Shown piece after piece: positions 45,094-55,331 of a DNA stretch of 64,000 bases. Within the stretch, counting starts at the first letter, position 1; the number at the start of each line of letters is the position of its first letter. A program made the translations under genes and the position numbers. Source of the stretch: a virus (lineage: Duplodnaviria > Caudoviricetes); IMG/VR virus record IMGVR_UViG_3300021375_000006, one strand, 5' to 3'. Under the pieces are notes generated by a model that saw nothing but the letters and a program-made list of their open reading frames with translations, ran no database searches and was not told the origin of the DNA.

Positions 45094-46362
45094 TTATATC
45101 TTATATAAATTTGTTTCCCAATCATAATCCAAGCTTAAATTATGTTCATTTTTACCGGACATTAAATTGTACAATAACTTTCCATAAGTATCTATTAAAC
45201 CATCATTAAAGACTGTGTATCTTGTTAAAACTTCTTCATTCCTCTTATTGTATTCATCGATATTCTTATCATGGTTTTCTATAACCCATTGTAATTGATC
45301 TGCGCCTTTATGTATTTCAAAATCTGGATAATAATATCCCGCATCTTTAATCATATCTGCGTTATGTATTAAAGGGAATTGTAAATACATTACATCTAAA
45401 TATGCATAATTAAGAGGGTTTTCCCATTGGTGTGATAAAACAATATCTGTGAATTGAGCTAATAAGTAGTGGATAGGAAATCTATGTTGAACTTGTAACC
45501 TCCCGGCATTGTCTTTATTTTTGCCTTGTGTTAAATGTAGTTTAGCTACAAACTTTTTCCAATATGCATTTTTATACAGTCTTGCAGCGCTCACTATATG
45601 TAGTTTATTAAAATCCCCGCCTCTATCCAATACTTCCTCTGCTATAAGCATAGGTATCATACTAAACTTTACTACATTTAAGTTAGGTTCAAATACAGTT
45701 AACCTTAAATCACCAGGCTTTTTTCCTGGTATGTAAATTGGCAACTGCTCTAGAGTAGGAACTACATTACCATTTTCATCAACAGCGTCTTTACTATATA
45801 AAGTATCTACCTCATCAATAAACATAGGGTCCCATACAAAAGGAACAGGCATTACTTTATTTCTAGGTAATCTATGAGTTACTGCGTAATAGTCATGATT
45901 TTGATAGCCTTGTTGTGGAACATACCACACCTCATCTATGGTTTGATTAAATGTTACGCCGCTTTTAACCTCGTCGCCTTCTTTGTGTATCATGTACTCC
46001 ATATCAATAACATAATTGTTACCGCATGCGTATTTTACTACACGTTTGTTTTTACCAGAAGACTTAAATTCATCAACTAAATCAGGACCGATCGCAATAC
46101 CCAATAAAAATAAAACATCCATGTTCTTATATTTTTTAAAGAAATCATAGCATGGATATGTTTCAGCATCCCACGTTAAGCATTTGTTATCTAATTTACC
46201 TGTAATTTTATTTCTAGGTATTACTTTATTAGTGTCTAACAAGTATACATCATGTCCTAATTTTTGTAAAGTCTTTTGTAAAAAAATGGCATTCATTTTA
46301 ATACCATTAATCCACATACTTTCTTTTTCTTTACGTATGCCTAGTGTTATGCCTATTCTCAT
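45094..46362 (-). CDS. DUF2827-family protein (predicted GT-B glycosyltransferase-like)
   Basis: WINGIKMNAIFL; SHQWENPLNYAYLD..Y..FPLIHN; DAGYYYPDF. Confidence 0.75.
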   Translation of the reverse strand: MRIGITLGIRKEKESMWINGIKMNAIFLQKTLQKLGHDVYLLDTNKVIPRNKITGKLDNKCLTWDAETYPCYDFFKKYKNMDVLFLLGIAIGPDLVDEFKSSGKNKRVVKYACGNNYVIDMEYMIHKEGDEVKSGVTFNQTIDEVWYVPQQGYQNHDYYAVTHRLPRNKVMPVPFVWDPMFIDEVDTLYSKDAVDENGNVVPTLEQLPIYIPGKKPGDLRLTVFEPNLNVVKFSMIPMLIAEEVLDRGGDFNKLHIVSAARLYKNAYWKKFVAKLHLTQGKNKDNAGRLQVQHRFPIHYLLAQFTDIVLSHQWENPLNYAYLDVMYLQFPLIHNADMIKDAGYYYPDFEIHKGADQLQWVIENHDKNIDEYNKRNEEVLTRYTVFNDGLIDTYGKLLYNLMSGKNEHNLSLDYDWETNLYKI

Positions 46363-46398
46363 TTCATGTGAATTTATTTATAGTTTATATATCTAAAT

Positions 46399-46428
46399 AA
46401 AAAAAGGGCCCCAAAAATGGGGCCCTTT
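46399..46428 (-). terminator. intrinsic terminator
   Basis: AAAGGGCCCCA-N3-TGGGGCCCTTT stem plus T run. Confidence 0.8.
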
Positions 46429-46465
46429 AAATTGCTATAAATTAGCGTACTTGTAAACTAAATGA

Positions 46466-47833
46466 TTAGTCTCTAATGTACTTGAATTCAACAACGTCAC
46501 TAGCTTCAAGCGCGTAACCTAATTGAGCTTCAATAAGAGTCCAACTATTTGCATTGTTAACTCTAATAGCGTTGTGGTCAACACCTAAGCCGTTAACTTT
46601 CACCCATACTAAGTTAGCTTCCATCTCAGTAGTGTTATTACCTTCGATAGGAATTGCTAAGTCAAATATAAATGTTTGAGTAGCTTCAGTTACGTTATCA
46701 CCAACTGCACCACCTGTTGTATCTAGTACATTAGTTGTAGCACCGTTACCAGATATTAAACCTGTAGCAGCTAAGTGGATATACGCTTCTTTAGCGAAAC
46801 CGTTTAATGCAGTTTCTAAAGATGTAATCTCACTTCCAGTTGCTGAAATCTCAGATGATAAGTCAGAAGATACGCCGTCAATGTACGTGTCTAATGAAAT
46901 AACTTCAGAGTTGGTAGTTGAAACCTCAGACGATAAAGCGTTAGAGATAACTACGTCTAATGAATCACCAGAAGAAATTAATACCTCAATTGAATCAATT
47001 TCAGAATTGGTAGTTGCAATTTCAACAGATAAAGCATCAGATACGTTATTAACTGCAGTTTCTCCACCAACAGATGCTAATACAGCATCGATCGATGTTA
47101 CGTCAGAGTTAGTAGCAGAAATCTCAGATGATAATGCAGTTGAAAGAACAACATCCGAAGAAGTGTTTGTAGAAACTACGCCTTCTAAAGATGCAATTTG
47201 AGATGTTAATGCTCCACCGTCAGCAGTATCTAAACTGTCAACATAAGAGATAACTTCAGAGAATTGATTTAAGTCAGCTTCTGAACCTGCTAAGATAACG
47301 TCAATTCTAGATGCTTCTGTAGAGATTTCTCCAGAAAGTTCTGTATCAACAGATTCTCCTGCAGAAACTCTTGCGTCAATAGATGTAACTTCAGAATTAG
47401 TAGTTGAAATCTCAACTGATAATGCGTCAGAAATTCCACTTAAGTCCGTGTTTGTCGCTTTAGCAGCTAGTACAGTGTCAATAGATGCAACATCAGAGTT
47501 AGTAGTTGAAATCTCAACTGATAACGCGTCAGAAACAGTATCTATATTATCTTCTGCATTAGAAACTCTTAAGTCAATAGATGTAACTTCAGAATTAGTA
47601 GTTGAAATCTCAACCGATAAAGCATCAGATACATTATTAACAGCAGTAGCTCCACCAACAGATGCTAATACAGCATCAATAGATGTTACGTCAGAGTTAG
47701 TAGAAGAAACTTCACTAGATAAGTCAGTAGAAATTTGACCGATGATTGACGCATTTTGATCTGCATCGTTATCAATCAAGTTTTGAACAGCACTAGAAAA
47801 ATCGCTAATTTGTTTTACTTTTAATCTTGCCAT
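46466..47833 (-). CDS. acidic coiled-coil repeat fibre protein
   Basis: about seven SDALSVEISTTNSDVTSID-type repeats; C-terminal VKVNGL...GYAL..SD domain. Confidence 0.8.
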   Translation of the reverse strand: MARLKVKQISDFSSAVQNLIDNDADQNASIIGQISTDLSSEVSSTNSDVTSIDAVLASVGGATAVNNVSDALSVEISTTNSEVTSIDLRVSNAEDNIDTVSDALSVEISTTNSDVASIDTVLAAKATNTDLSGISDALSVEISTTNSEVTSIDARVSAGESVDTELSGEISTEASRIDVILAGSEADLNQFSEVISYVDSLDTADGGALTSQIASLEGVVSTNTSSDVVLSTALSSEISATNSDVTSIDAVLASVGGETAVNNVSDALSVEIATTNSEIDSIEVLISSGDSLDVVISNALSSEVSTTNSEVISLDTYIDGVSSDLSSEISATGSEITSLETALNGFAKEAYIHLAATGLISGNGATTNVLDTTGGAVGDNVTEATQTFIFDLAIPIEGNNTTEMEANLVWVKVNGLGVDHNAIRVNNANSWTLIEAQLGYALEASDVVEFKYIRD

Positions 47834-47963
47834 GTTTATGTTTATTATATTTAGGCCTAAAGTACGTTATTGTACTCTCATTATTATTTATCTGATAGTA
47901 AAAATATATTTGATAGTTTTTAGCTAGAAAAGATAATATATTTGTTTTATTTTTTACGTATAT

Positions 47964-47988
47964 AAAAAAAGCCGCATTAATGCGGCTT
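47964..47988 (-). terminator. intrinsic terminator
   Basis: AAGCCGCATTAATGCGGCTT plus T run. Confidence 0.8.
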
Positions 47989-48016
47989 ATTTCATATTTC
48001 ATATATTAACTTTTTG

Positions 48017-49948
48017 TTAGACGTCGTTAGAAGATGCGTCATAAACAATATCAATATCATCATCAATATCTAGTTCGTAACCTGCAATCGATCCCATCCA
48101 ATATAAAGTATCGCCTGCTGCAATGTCAGCTACTGCTCTTGGTGTAGTTCCTCCGTCTGCTGAGAAGTAACATGCTTCATCTTTAGCGCCATCACCTAAA
48201 TTACATTGTAGACCATTTACTTTAATAATAACTGCAGAATCAGAGTATGGTGTATATGTAATTGTTAAACCTGTTGAATCTTCATCTGCTGTAGTAGCTG
48301 ATGGATTTCCGTTAAAATCAGACTTAGTAGCTACACCAGTTTCAGCAATACCAGCAGAACCTTCTTCATCTTCAATCATGATTAATAAAGCTGGAGTACC
48401 CATAGATGAAGATACAATACCATTCGCGTTTACGAATGTACCGTTACCTGTTAATAGAATATCACCACCATCTGCTCTTGTTAGGACTAAAGTTCTATCC
48501 GTAGAAAGAGTTGCTGTTAAAGGCATTGCAGTTGCTTGTTGGAATGTTTGACCTGCAGCGTCAGCAGCAACGTCTGTAATTGTAATACCAGTCGCATTAC
48601 CACCAATACCACTACCTAGTGTTAAAACTAGTTTAGGGTATGTTGAATTATTAGCACCATTTGTATTTTCTTCAGTAGAAGCTGTAATATCAATATCATT
48701 TGCTTGACAAACTGTATTAATTTCATTAGCCATTGAATTTGCAGATACTGTTAGGTAACTTCCACCAGTACCGGGGAATGTAGTATCATCTGTTAAGAAA
48801 ATTACATTTGCAGAATTATTACCATCTGAAATTGTAATCTCTAAGTTTTGAACGTTAGCACCTGAATCAACAGATGTTACCATTACAATATCACCGTTAG
48901 CAGGGTTTAAACCATCGTCATAAGATTTTAAAACCGTTGGGCTTAAAGGCTCTGTTGCAGTTACAAGGTGATTTGCAGTACCAGCATTAATATCTGATAC
49001 GATCTCTGAGATACCTCTTGCGCCGTTTACGGCGGTTACGCCGTTAACTACTAATGTATCACCACTTTGAGTTGCCGAGTTAACTACGGTTGCTGTAATA
49101 ACAGTAGGAACCGCGTCTTTAAATTGAAAATATAATTTATCAGATCCTTGTGCTGAATTCGTAGTAATCTCACCAGGAGTTACAGTTGAAGCATAATAAA
49201 AATCACCTTTAGAACCAGTTAATTTTTGTGGCGTAGCAAAATCATCTATAATTGTATTAAATGGTTTAATATAAGCAATTGTATTACCGTATGATAATGA
49301 AGTTAGATAACCTACTTTAAAATCAGCAGCGCCACCCGCGCCAAATGGAATTAAATCACCATTACTATCAATCGAAATTACTTGACCTTCAGAAACTGCG
49401 GTTTGCGCAGAATCAAATTCAATTCTAAATCTTTCATCTTCTTCTTGAATAGCAAATCTAGATTGTAGCATATCTACAGCTACTTTATCTCCAAAGAATG
49501 CAGATGCATCTTCACCTGCAATTAGAGGTTTACCAGAATCAGATACTTCAAAGAAAGCAACATCATCAACATTTGCTGCAAAGTTATTAGACCTATAATT
49601 TTTGTAAACAAAAGCGTCAACATCTTTTGCTCTAAATGTGATTGATGTTTCAGTTTTAGAAGTTATAGAAATAACTTGTAAACATGTTTTACCAGTGTTA
49701 TTCGTAACCCAATCACCTGTTTTAATATCTAGACCAGTATAGGCTCTAGAAGAACCAGATCTAGTTTCGTCAGATCCTATTGCTTGTGGATCTATATTTG
49801 ATACTGTAAAGTCAAATTCAACCCCAATATTAGATCCACTTGGACCTAATCCTGTAGAATCATCAAATGCATATCTATTAGCGATTGATGAAGCAGTAAC
49901 AGTACCCTTAATAAAAAGAATCGGATTATCTACGTTATACTCAGCCAT
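48017..49948 (-). CDS. putative virion structural protein
   Basis: T/A/G/D/N-rich 643 aa; C-terminal IKVNGL...GYEL..DD domain. Confidence 0.7.
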   Translation of the reverse strand: MAEYNVDNPILFIKGTVTASSIANRYAFDDSTGLGPSGSNIGVEFDFTVSNIDPQAIGSDETRSGSSRAYTGLDIKTGDWVTNNTGKTCLQVISITSKTETSITFRAKDVDAFVYKNYRSNNFAANVDDVAFFEVSDSGKPLIAGEDASAFFGDKVAVDMLQSRFAIQEEDERFRIEFDSAQTAVSEGQVISIDSNGDLIPFGAGGAADFKVGYLTSLSYGNTIAYIKPFNTIIDDFATPQKLTGSKGDFYYASTVTPGEITTNSAQGSDKLYFQFKDAVPTVITATVVNSATQSGDTLVVNGVTAVNGARGISEIVSDINAGTANHLVTATEPLSPTVLKSYDDGLNPANGDIVMVTSVDSGANVQNLEITISDGNNSANVIFLTDDTTFPGTGGSYLTVSANSMANEINTVCQANDIDITASTEENTNGANNSTYPKLVLTLGSGIGGNATGITITDVAADAAGQTFQQATAMPLTATLSTDRTLVLTRADGGDILLTGNGTFVNANGIVSSSMGTPALLIMIEDEEGSAGIAETGVATKSDFNGNPSATTADEDSTGLTITYTPYSDSAVIIKVNGLQCNLGDGAKDEACYFSADGGTTPRAVADIAAGDTLYWMGSIAGYELDIDDDIDIVYDASSNDV

Positions 49949-49969
49949 TTATTATTTTATCTATTTAAT

Positions 49970-49987
49970 GGGCGGCCGAAGCCGCCC
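49970..49987 (-). terminator. GC stem with UUCG tetraloop (terminator or stabilising hairpin)
   Basis: GGGCGGC-TTCG-GCCGCCC on minus strand; weak U tail. Confidence 0.55.
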
Positions 49988-50005
49988 TGTTTAATTTTAT
50001 TTATA

Positions 50006-53000
50006 TTAGAACGTTAATACTAAATAAGCATGCGGGAATTTCGATGGAGCACCGAATGCACCAGGAACCGCGTTACCATATAGTAATGTTGGTTGGTCAA
50101 CGTCTAACGTGACGTTATAGTTATTAGCACCTGAGAATACATCAGCAGCCCATTGTGAATCTTCACCAGAACCACCGTCTACTGTAGAACCATTTGTAAA
50201 TGCGCCAATACCTACTTCGTATGTTACTTGTTTTGTATCTCTATCGTAATGTGTTACTGCATAGTTACCAGTATTTGGATTCCAACCGTAACCTATAACT
50301 GATATTGGAGGGTTAGTCTCAGAAGCAAAGTTAAGTGTTACTGTGTGGTTAGAATTACCACCGCCTGCATTTTGAGATATAATTTGTGCGCCGCCTATAG
50401 AAAATCCACCAGCAGGAACAAATGCACTTTGACCAGTAATTAAGTTTTCATTTACATCATATTCTAATCTTAATAAGTACTTAGTAGCACCTCCGCCAGA
50501 ACCAGCAGGACCAGTAGGACCAGTAGGACCAACAGCACCAGATGTACCTGAAGAACCAGATGTACCATCTTGACCAGATGAACCTGAAGAACCTGAAGAA
50601 CCAGCAACACCATCTACACCAGATGAACCTGAAGAACCTGAAGAACCTGAAGAACCATCATTACCATCTACACCAGATGAACCTGAAGAACCTGAAGAAC
50701 CTGAAGTACCATCTATACCAGATGAACCTGAAGAACCAGATATACCTGAAGAACCAGATGAACCTGAAGAACCAGCAGGACCTTCTGGACCTGTGCCACC
50801 ATCAACACCTGAAGAACCAGATGAACCAGATGAACCAGATGAACCAGCTAAACCTTGTGGACCTTGAATAGAACCACCAGATACCCAGGTAAAACCATCC
50901 CATATCCATAATGAATCGTCGTCTTGTACTATATAAGCATCACCTTGGTCGTTTACATCTGCTGGTAAGTCACCAACACTTTGTACTGAACCTAGCATTG
51001 TAATACCTGTACCGGTAGAACCTTGAGGACCAGTAGGACCAACAGGACCAGTTGCACCATCTTGACCAGATGAACCAGATGAACCAGATGTACCTGAAGA
51101 ACCAGATGAACCAGCTTCACCTTGTGGACCTGTTTCACCAATTGTACCAGATGAACCTGAAGAACCAGATGTACCTGAAGAACCAGATGAACCATCATTA
51201 CCATCTATACCAGATGTACCTGAAGAACCAGATGTACCATCTTCACCAGATGTACCTGAAGAACCAGATGTACCATCTATACCAGATGAACCTGAAGAAC
51301 CAGATGTACCATCTATACCAGATGAACCTGAAGAACCTGAAGAACCATCTATACCAGATGAACCTGAAGAACCATCGTTACCAGCAGGACCAGGAGCACC
51401 AACTCCACCAGCTACACCATCTTGACCAGATGAACCTGAAGAACCAGATGAACCATCTATACCAGATGAACCTGAAGAACCAGATGTACCTGAAGAACCA
51501 GATGTACCATCTTGACCAGGATTACCTTGTGGACCTGTTTCACCAATTGTACCAGATGAACCTGAAGAACCAGATGTACCTGAAGAACCGCTTGTTCCTG
51601 AAGAACCAGATGAACCGTCAACACCAGGATTACCTTGTGGACCAGTTGCACCACCAGCGCCATCTTGACCAGATGAACCTGAAGAACCAGATGAACCGTC
51701 TAAACCAGATGTACCTGAAGAACCAGATGTACCATCAGCACCAGGATTACCTTGTGGACCAGTTGCACCATCAGCTCCATCTGCGCCGGCAGGACCAACG
51801 TCACCTACATCTCCTTTAAGACCTTGAGGACCTGCATCACCTTTAATACCTTGATTACCTTGTGGTCCTATTGCACCAGGAGCACCATCTTGACCAGATG
51901 AACCTGAAGAACCAGATGAACCATCTATACCAGATGTACCTGAAGAACCAGATGAACCATCAGCACCGTCTGCACCATCTTGACCAGATGAACCTGAAGA
52001 ACCAGATGAACCGTCTAAACCAGATGTACCATCAGCACCGTCTGCACCAGGAGCACCAGCCGCACCTTGTGGACCAGTTGCACCATCAGCACCAGCTGCA
52101 CCATCTTGACCAGATGTACCTGAAGAACCAGATGTACCTGAAGAACCAGATGAACCAGATGAACCGTCTTGACCAATAATACCGTCTTCACCGTCTGTAC
52201 CTGAAGTACCCGATGAACCAGATGAACCGTCTAAACCAGATGTACCTGAAGAACCTGAAGAACCTGAAGAACCAGATGAAGTAGCTGACTCAGAAAGAGC
52301 CAGAGTAATTTCGTCTGCACCAGGGCCTAAAGTACCACTTAAGCCACCTGTAAATCTTAACTTGTGAATTCCAGTAACAGGAGCAGTTTCATTAACTGTA
52401 ATATCTAAACCTGCTTCTTCTCTAGCCGCTGCTTGTGAAAAGAAAGTTTCATAGAATAAACCAAAGCTATCGCCTTCTGCCATTTTGTAAATCTCACCTG
52501 GCGTAGTAGAGTTAGCTTCATACTGTACAGTTACCTCAATTGCATCGTCATCATCTGAGTTCCTAGGAGCTAAAGGATCTGCGTTTAGTATGTCAATTCT
52601 AGAATAAGACACTAGTCTAAATACTGAATATTCACTATTGTTTCTTACGTTTGTAAAGAAAATATTAGATCTTAAACCATCTTGGTCTAATCTTTGTTCT
52701 AATAAATTCTCAAAATATTTGTTTCTAATACCCTTATCGTCTTTTACAGCTATTTTAAACTTAGTGACCTGATCTGGTCTATCTGCATTAAAGATAATCT
52801 GACCTTGAGAAGGGTTATTGTTATTAAAGTAATTTAAACTGGCGCCGGCAACAGAATATACTGTTGAAGGTACACCATATCTTGACGCTACAATATCACC
52901 TATTGTATCACCTGCGTCATATACATTACCTAACTTTAAAATAGGTAATACTACTTCACTGATACCTTCTGTTACTTTAAGTCTTACCCAACATTCACCA

Positions 53001-53308
53001 TTGACGTTATTATCTTCTAATGGTAATGCTGCTGTTTCAGAAGGAGTTAACCCAATACTAATTTGGTTTTGAGTATCTCCATTCGCAGCACCGAAAGTTA
53101 AAGTACCTCCAGTTTTAGTTTCTGTTTTAAAGATTTGGTTATCAGTGTTAACATACTCGGCTACAACTTCTGTAATTGCACCGATATTAATTGAATTTCC
53201 AACATAGTTTTTATGTAATGAAATCGTTATATTCGCTTGTTGTCCTCTAATAATATTAATAAATTGAGGAGAAACTACGATAATTCCTTGAGAGTTTACA
53301 CTTGGCAT
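50006..53308 (-). CDS. fibre/baseplate protein with mixed GSS and collagen repeats
   Basis: globular N-domain; GSSGSS and GPQG tracts; GDAYIV..LWIWDG..W knuckle; C-terminal domain. Confidence 0.85.
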   Translation of the reverse strand: MPSVNSQGIIVVSPQFINIIRGQQANITISLHKNYVGNSINIGAITEVVAEYVNTDNQIFKTETKTGGTLTFGAANGDTQNQISIGLTPSETAALPLEDNNVNGECWVRLKVTEGISEVVLPILKLGNVYDAGDTIGDIVASRYGVPSTVYSVAGASLNYFNNNNPSQGQIIFNADRPDQVTKFKIAVKDDKGIRNKYFENLLEQRLDQDGLRSNIFFTNVRNNSEYSVFRLVSYSRIDILNADPLAPRNSDDDDAIEVTVQYEANSTTPGEIYKMAEGDSFGLFYETFFSQAAAREEAGLDITVNETAPVTGIHKLRFTGGLSGTLGPGADEITLALSESATSSGSSGSSGSSGTSGLDGSSGSSGTSGTDGEDGIIGQDGSSGSSGSSGTSGSSGTSGQDGAAGADGATGPQGAAGAPGADGADGTSGLDGSSGSSGSSGQDGADGADGSSGSSGTSGIDGSSGSSGSSGQDGAPGAIGPQGNQGIKGDAGPQGLKGDVGDVGPAGADGADGATGPQGNPGADGTSGSSGTSGLDGSSGSSGSSGQDGAGGATGPQGNPGVDGSSGSSGTSGSSGTSGSSGSSGTIGETGPQGNPGQDGTSGSSGTSGSSGSSGIDGSSGSSGSSGQDGVAGGVGAPGPAGNDGSSGSSGIDGSSGSSGSSGIDGTSGSSGSSGIDGTSGSSGTSGEDGTSGSSGTSGIDGNDGSSGSSGTSGSSGSSGTIGETGPQGEAGSSGSSGTSGSSGSSGQDGATGPVGPTGPQGSTGTGITMLGSVQSVGDLPADVNDQGDAYIVQDDDSLWIWDGFTWVSGGSIQGPQGLAGSSGSSGSSGSSGVDGGTGPEGPAGSSGSSGSSGISGSSGSSGIDGTSGSSGSSGSSGVDGNDGSSGSSGSSGSSGVDGVAGSSGSSGSSGQDGTSGSSGTSGAVGPTGPTGPAGSGGGATKYLLRLEYDVNENLITGQSAFVPAGGFSIGGAQIISQNAGGGNSNHTVTLNFASETNPPISVIGYGWNPNTGNYAVTHYDRDTKQVTYEVGIGAFTNGSTVDGGSGEDSQWAADVFSGANNYNVTLDVDQPTLLYGNAVPGAFGAPSKFPHAYLVLTF

Positions 53309-53352
53309 AATTAATGTCTATTATTTTTTATTGCTTGTATTATATATCAACA

Positions 53353-54087
53353 TCAAAACGCGTAGTCTCTATGTAATAGTGAAAAAACCATACTATTTAC
53401 AACAGTGATAGCGTGGCCCTCTAGTTTTGTGTGATTTTTAAGATCTGCTTTAATTAAAATGCGATCGGACTTCTTATCCTGGAGTTCTTCTAGGGTCTTA
53501 ATATAATCTTCTTGATTATATGTTTGAGTCTTGATATGTTGCATTTTAAAATCTTTCCATGACATCATATAGTTCTTACTTGGTTTGTTAAAGAAATATA
53601 TGTGCATTTTAGAATCTGGTGTTGTAATAAAAACAAAACCACCTGAAAGAAAGTATTTTTTATCACCTATATAAGAACATCCAAGACCATTCTCTATTGT
53701 CCTCCATTCTTTTCTACACATTTCATGCAATGACTCAAATTTATCAATCGCGTCTTCATAGATAGCATCAACAATTTCATCAGTATCTAATTCTTCTTGA
53801 GTTGTAAAAACTAATTCAAGATCTTCCCATGGAAATCCCATAAATTCTATACTAGGTACGATTGCAGTTTGTTTGACAGCATCATATCTATATAGATAAT
53901 CTAAAGTATCATCTATTTCCCAAAGAGCAGACATTAAAGAATGTGGAATCATATCCTCTAATTCATTTACTCTTTGTAAAAACTTATAGGTTTTATATTC
54001 TAAGTCTTTAGGACCTTCCTCAATCCATTTAGGTGTAATCAATTTGCTCATTGTAGTAAAATATAAGTTATTTATTTCACTTTGCAA
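53353..54087 (-). CDS. hypothetical protein
   Basis: 244-aa ORF (probable start MSKLI at 54051). Confidence 0.75.
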   Translation of the reverse strand: MQSEINNLYFTTMSKLITPKWIEEGPKDLEYKTYKFLQRVNELEDMIPHSLMSALWEIDDTLDYLYRYDAVKQTAIVPSIEFMGFPWEDLELVFTTQEELDTDEIVDAIYEDAIDKFESLHEMCRKEWRTIENGLGCSYIGDKKYFLSGGFVFITTPDSKMHIYFFNKPSKNYMMSWKDFKMQHIKTQTYNQEDYIKTLEELQDKKSDRILIKADLKNHTKLEGHAITVVNSMVFSLLHRDYAF

Positions 54088-54101
54088 ACTAAACTTACAG
54101 A

Positions 54102-54338
54102 TTATGAAAGAAAAACTTTTTCGTAATTTTTGATTAGATCTAAAGCGACCTTTTCTGCAGCGCTAAGAGTATATCTTACTCTCTTATATTTGGGTATGTC
54201 TTGATAATTCTCACGTGTCCATTTATTTGGCTTGTGCATAATAAAGAATTTAGAACGACCCCTATAGTCAAGCTTTTGAATAATGACTATTTTTCTAGTA
54301 TATTTGGGATTTAACTTTAAACGTTCCTCTTTAGTCAC
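54102..54338 (-). CDS. hypothetical basic protein
   Basis: 78-aa ORF. Confidence 0.65.
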   Translation of the reverse strand: MTKEERLKLNPKYTRKIVIIQKLDYRGRSKFFIMHKPNKWTRENYQDIPKYKRVRYTLSAAEKVALDLIKNYEKVFLS

Positions 54339-54657
54339 CTAGTTCCGAATTATTAAGTTTAACTATGTCGGATGACTCTTTTTCTAAATCAGTTAATTTT
54401 TCATTAGTAGTAAGACCCCACTGTAAAATAAACCAGCTCATTTCTTGTTGAGCCATCTTCTTACCCATTCTTAGTTTCTTTCTAATAATTTCTACACCCT
54501 TTTCTTGAAAAGCTTTTTCATCTTCTCTAGTGGTGGTATACTTCATATACCACTCTGGATCTCCTACAACATCTTCGTAAGTTTTGTTATGTGGCTCAAG
54601 TTGAAGATTAACTAATTCTTTAAAAACTTCTTTGGTCTTTTCTCTTTTTGTACTCAT
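54331..54657 (-). CDS. hypothetical protein
   Basis: 108-aa ORF overlapping clpP stop. Confidence 0.7.
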   Translation of the reverse strand: MSTKREKTKEVFKELVNLQLEPHNKTYEDVVGDPEWYMKYTTTREDEKAFQEKGVEIIRKKLRMGKKMAQQEMSWFILQWGLTTNEKLTDLEKESSDIVKLNNSELGD

Positions 54658-55331
54658 TTTTTCTGAGATTTAATAATTTCATCAATAATACCATACTTGA
54701 TTGCTTCTTCAGCATTTAGCCAGAAATCTCGTTTGGCATCTTGTTTAACTTGCTCAGGCTTCTTACCACAGTAAGATCCTAATAAGACAAATAGTTCATG
54801 GTTTACTTTTTGCCATTCTGCCCAATCGATTTCTGCATCTTGGATATTACCACTGAATCCTCCCGAGGATTGGTGTAACATTGTAGTTGAATGTCTTAAC
54901 GAACTTCTTTTGCCCTTTGTTCCAGCTCCTAATAGGACCGATCCCATTGAAGCAGCCATTCCTGTATTGACAGTTCTAATATCATTAGGAATATATTCCA
55001 TCACATCTACCATTGATAAACCGGATTTTACAGAACCTCCAGGTGAATCGATGTGCATGGTTATATCTTCTCCACTATTTGATGACAAGAACATTAATTG
55101 TGCTTGTACAATAGTAGACATATTATCATTAACTGGTCCTGCGACCCATAACAATCTATCTGCCATTAGTCTAGAGAATATGTCCATTTGAGTCATACGC
55201 ATTTCTCTTTCCTCTAGAATATAAGGAGTCAATGAGTTTTGCTTCTTATATATGTCTAACGCATTAGAGCTTACATTATGCTCTGATTGTGCGTATCTCT
55301 CAAATTCTTTTTCTTTGGGGAAGTAATTCAT
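54654..55331 (-). CDS. clpP: ATP-dependent Clp protease proteolytic subunit
   Basis: TPYILEER, DIFSRL, IDSPGGSV, AASMGS (Ser), MLHQ (His), RDFWL; Bacteroidota-like N-extension. Confidence 0.96.
   Translation of the reverse strand: MNYFPKEKEFERYAQSEHNVSSNALDIYKKQNSLTPYILEEREMRMTQMDIFSRLMADRLLWVAGPVNDNMSTIVQAQLMFLSSNSGEDITMHIDSPGGSVKSGLSMVDVMEYIPNDIRTVNTGMAASMGSVLLGAGTKGKRSSLRHSTTMLHQSSGGFSGNIQDAEIDWAEWQKVNHELFVLLGSYCGKKPEQVKQDAKRDFWLNAEEAIKYGIIDEIIKSQKK

Noticed and set aside
42422-52179. Long plus-strand and alternate-frame ORFs (VPDEP..., MNLK..., VLQVHL...) over the GSS genes
   Set aside because: Shadow frames of low-complexity codon repeats; the real frame has coherent domains, promoters and terminators
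42500-52300. 9/18-bp repeats resembling a CRISPR array
   Set aside because: Degenerate at third codon positions, no unique spacers, no cas genes; coding repeats
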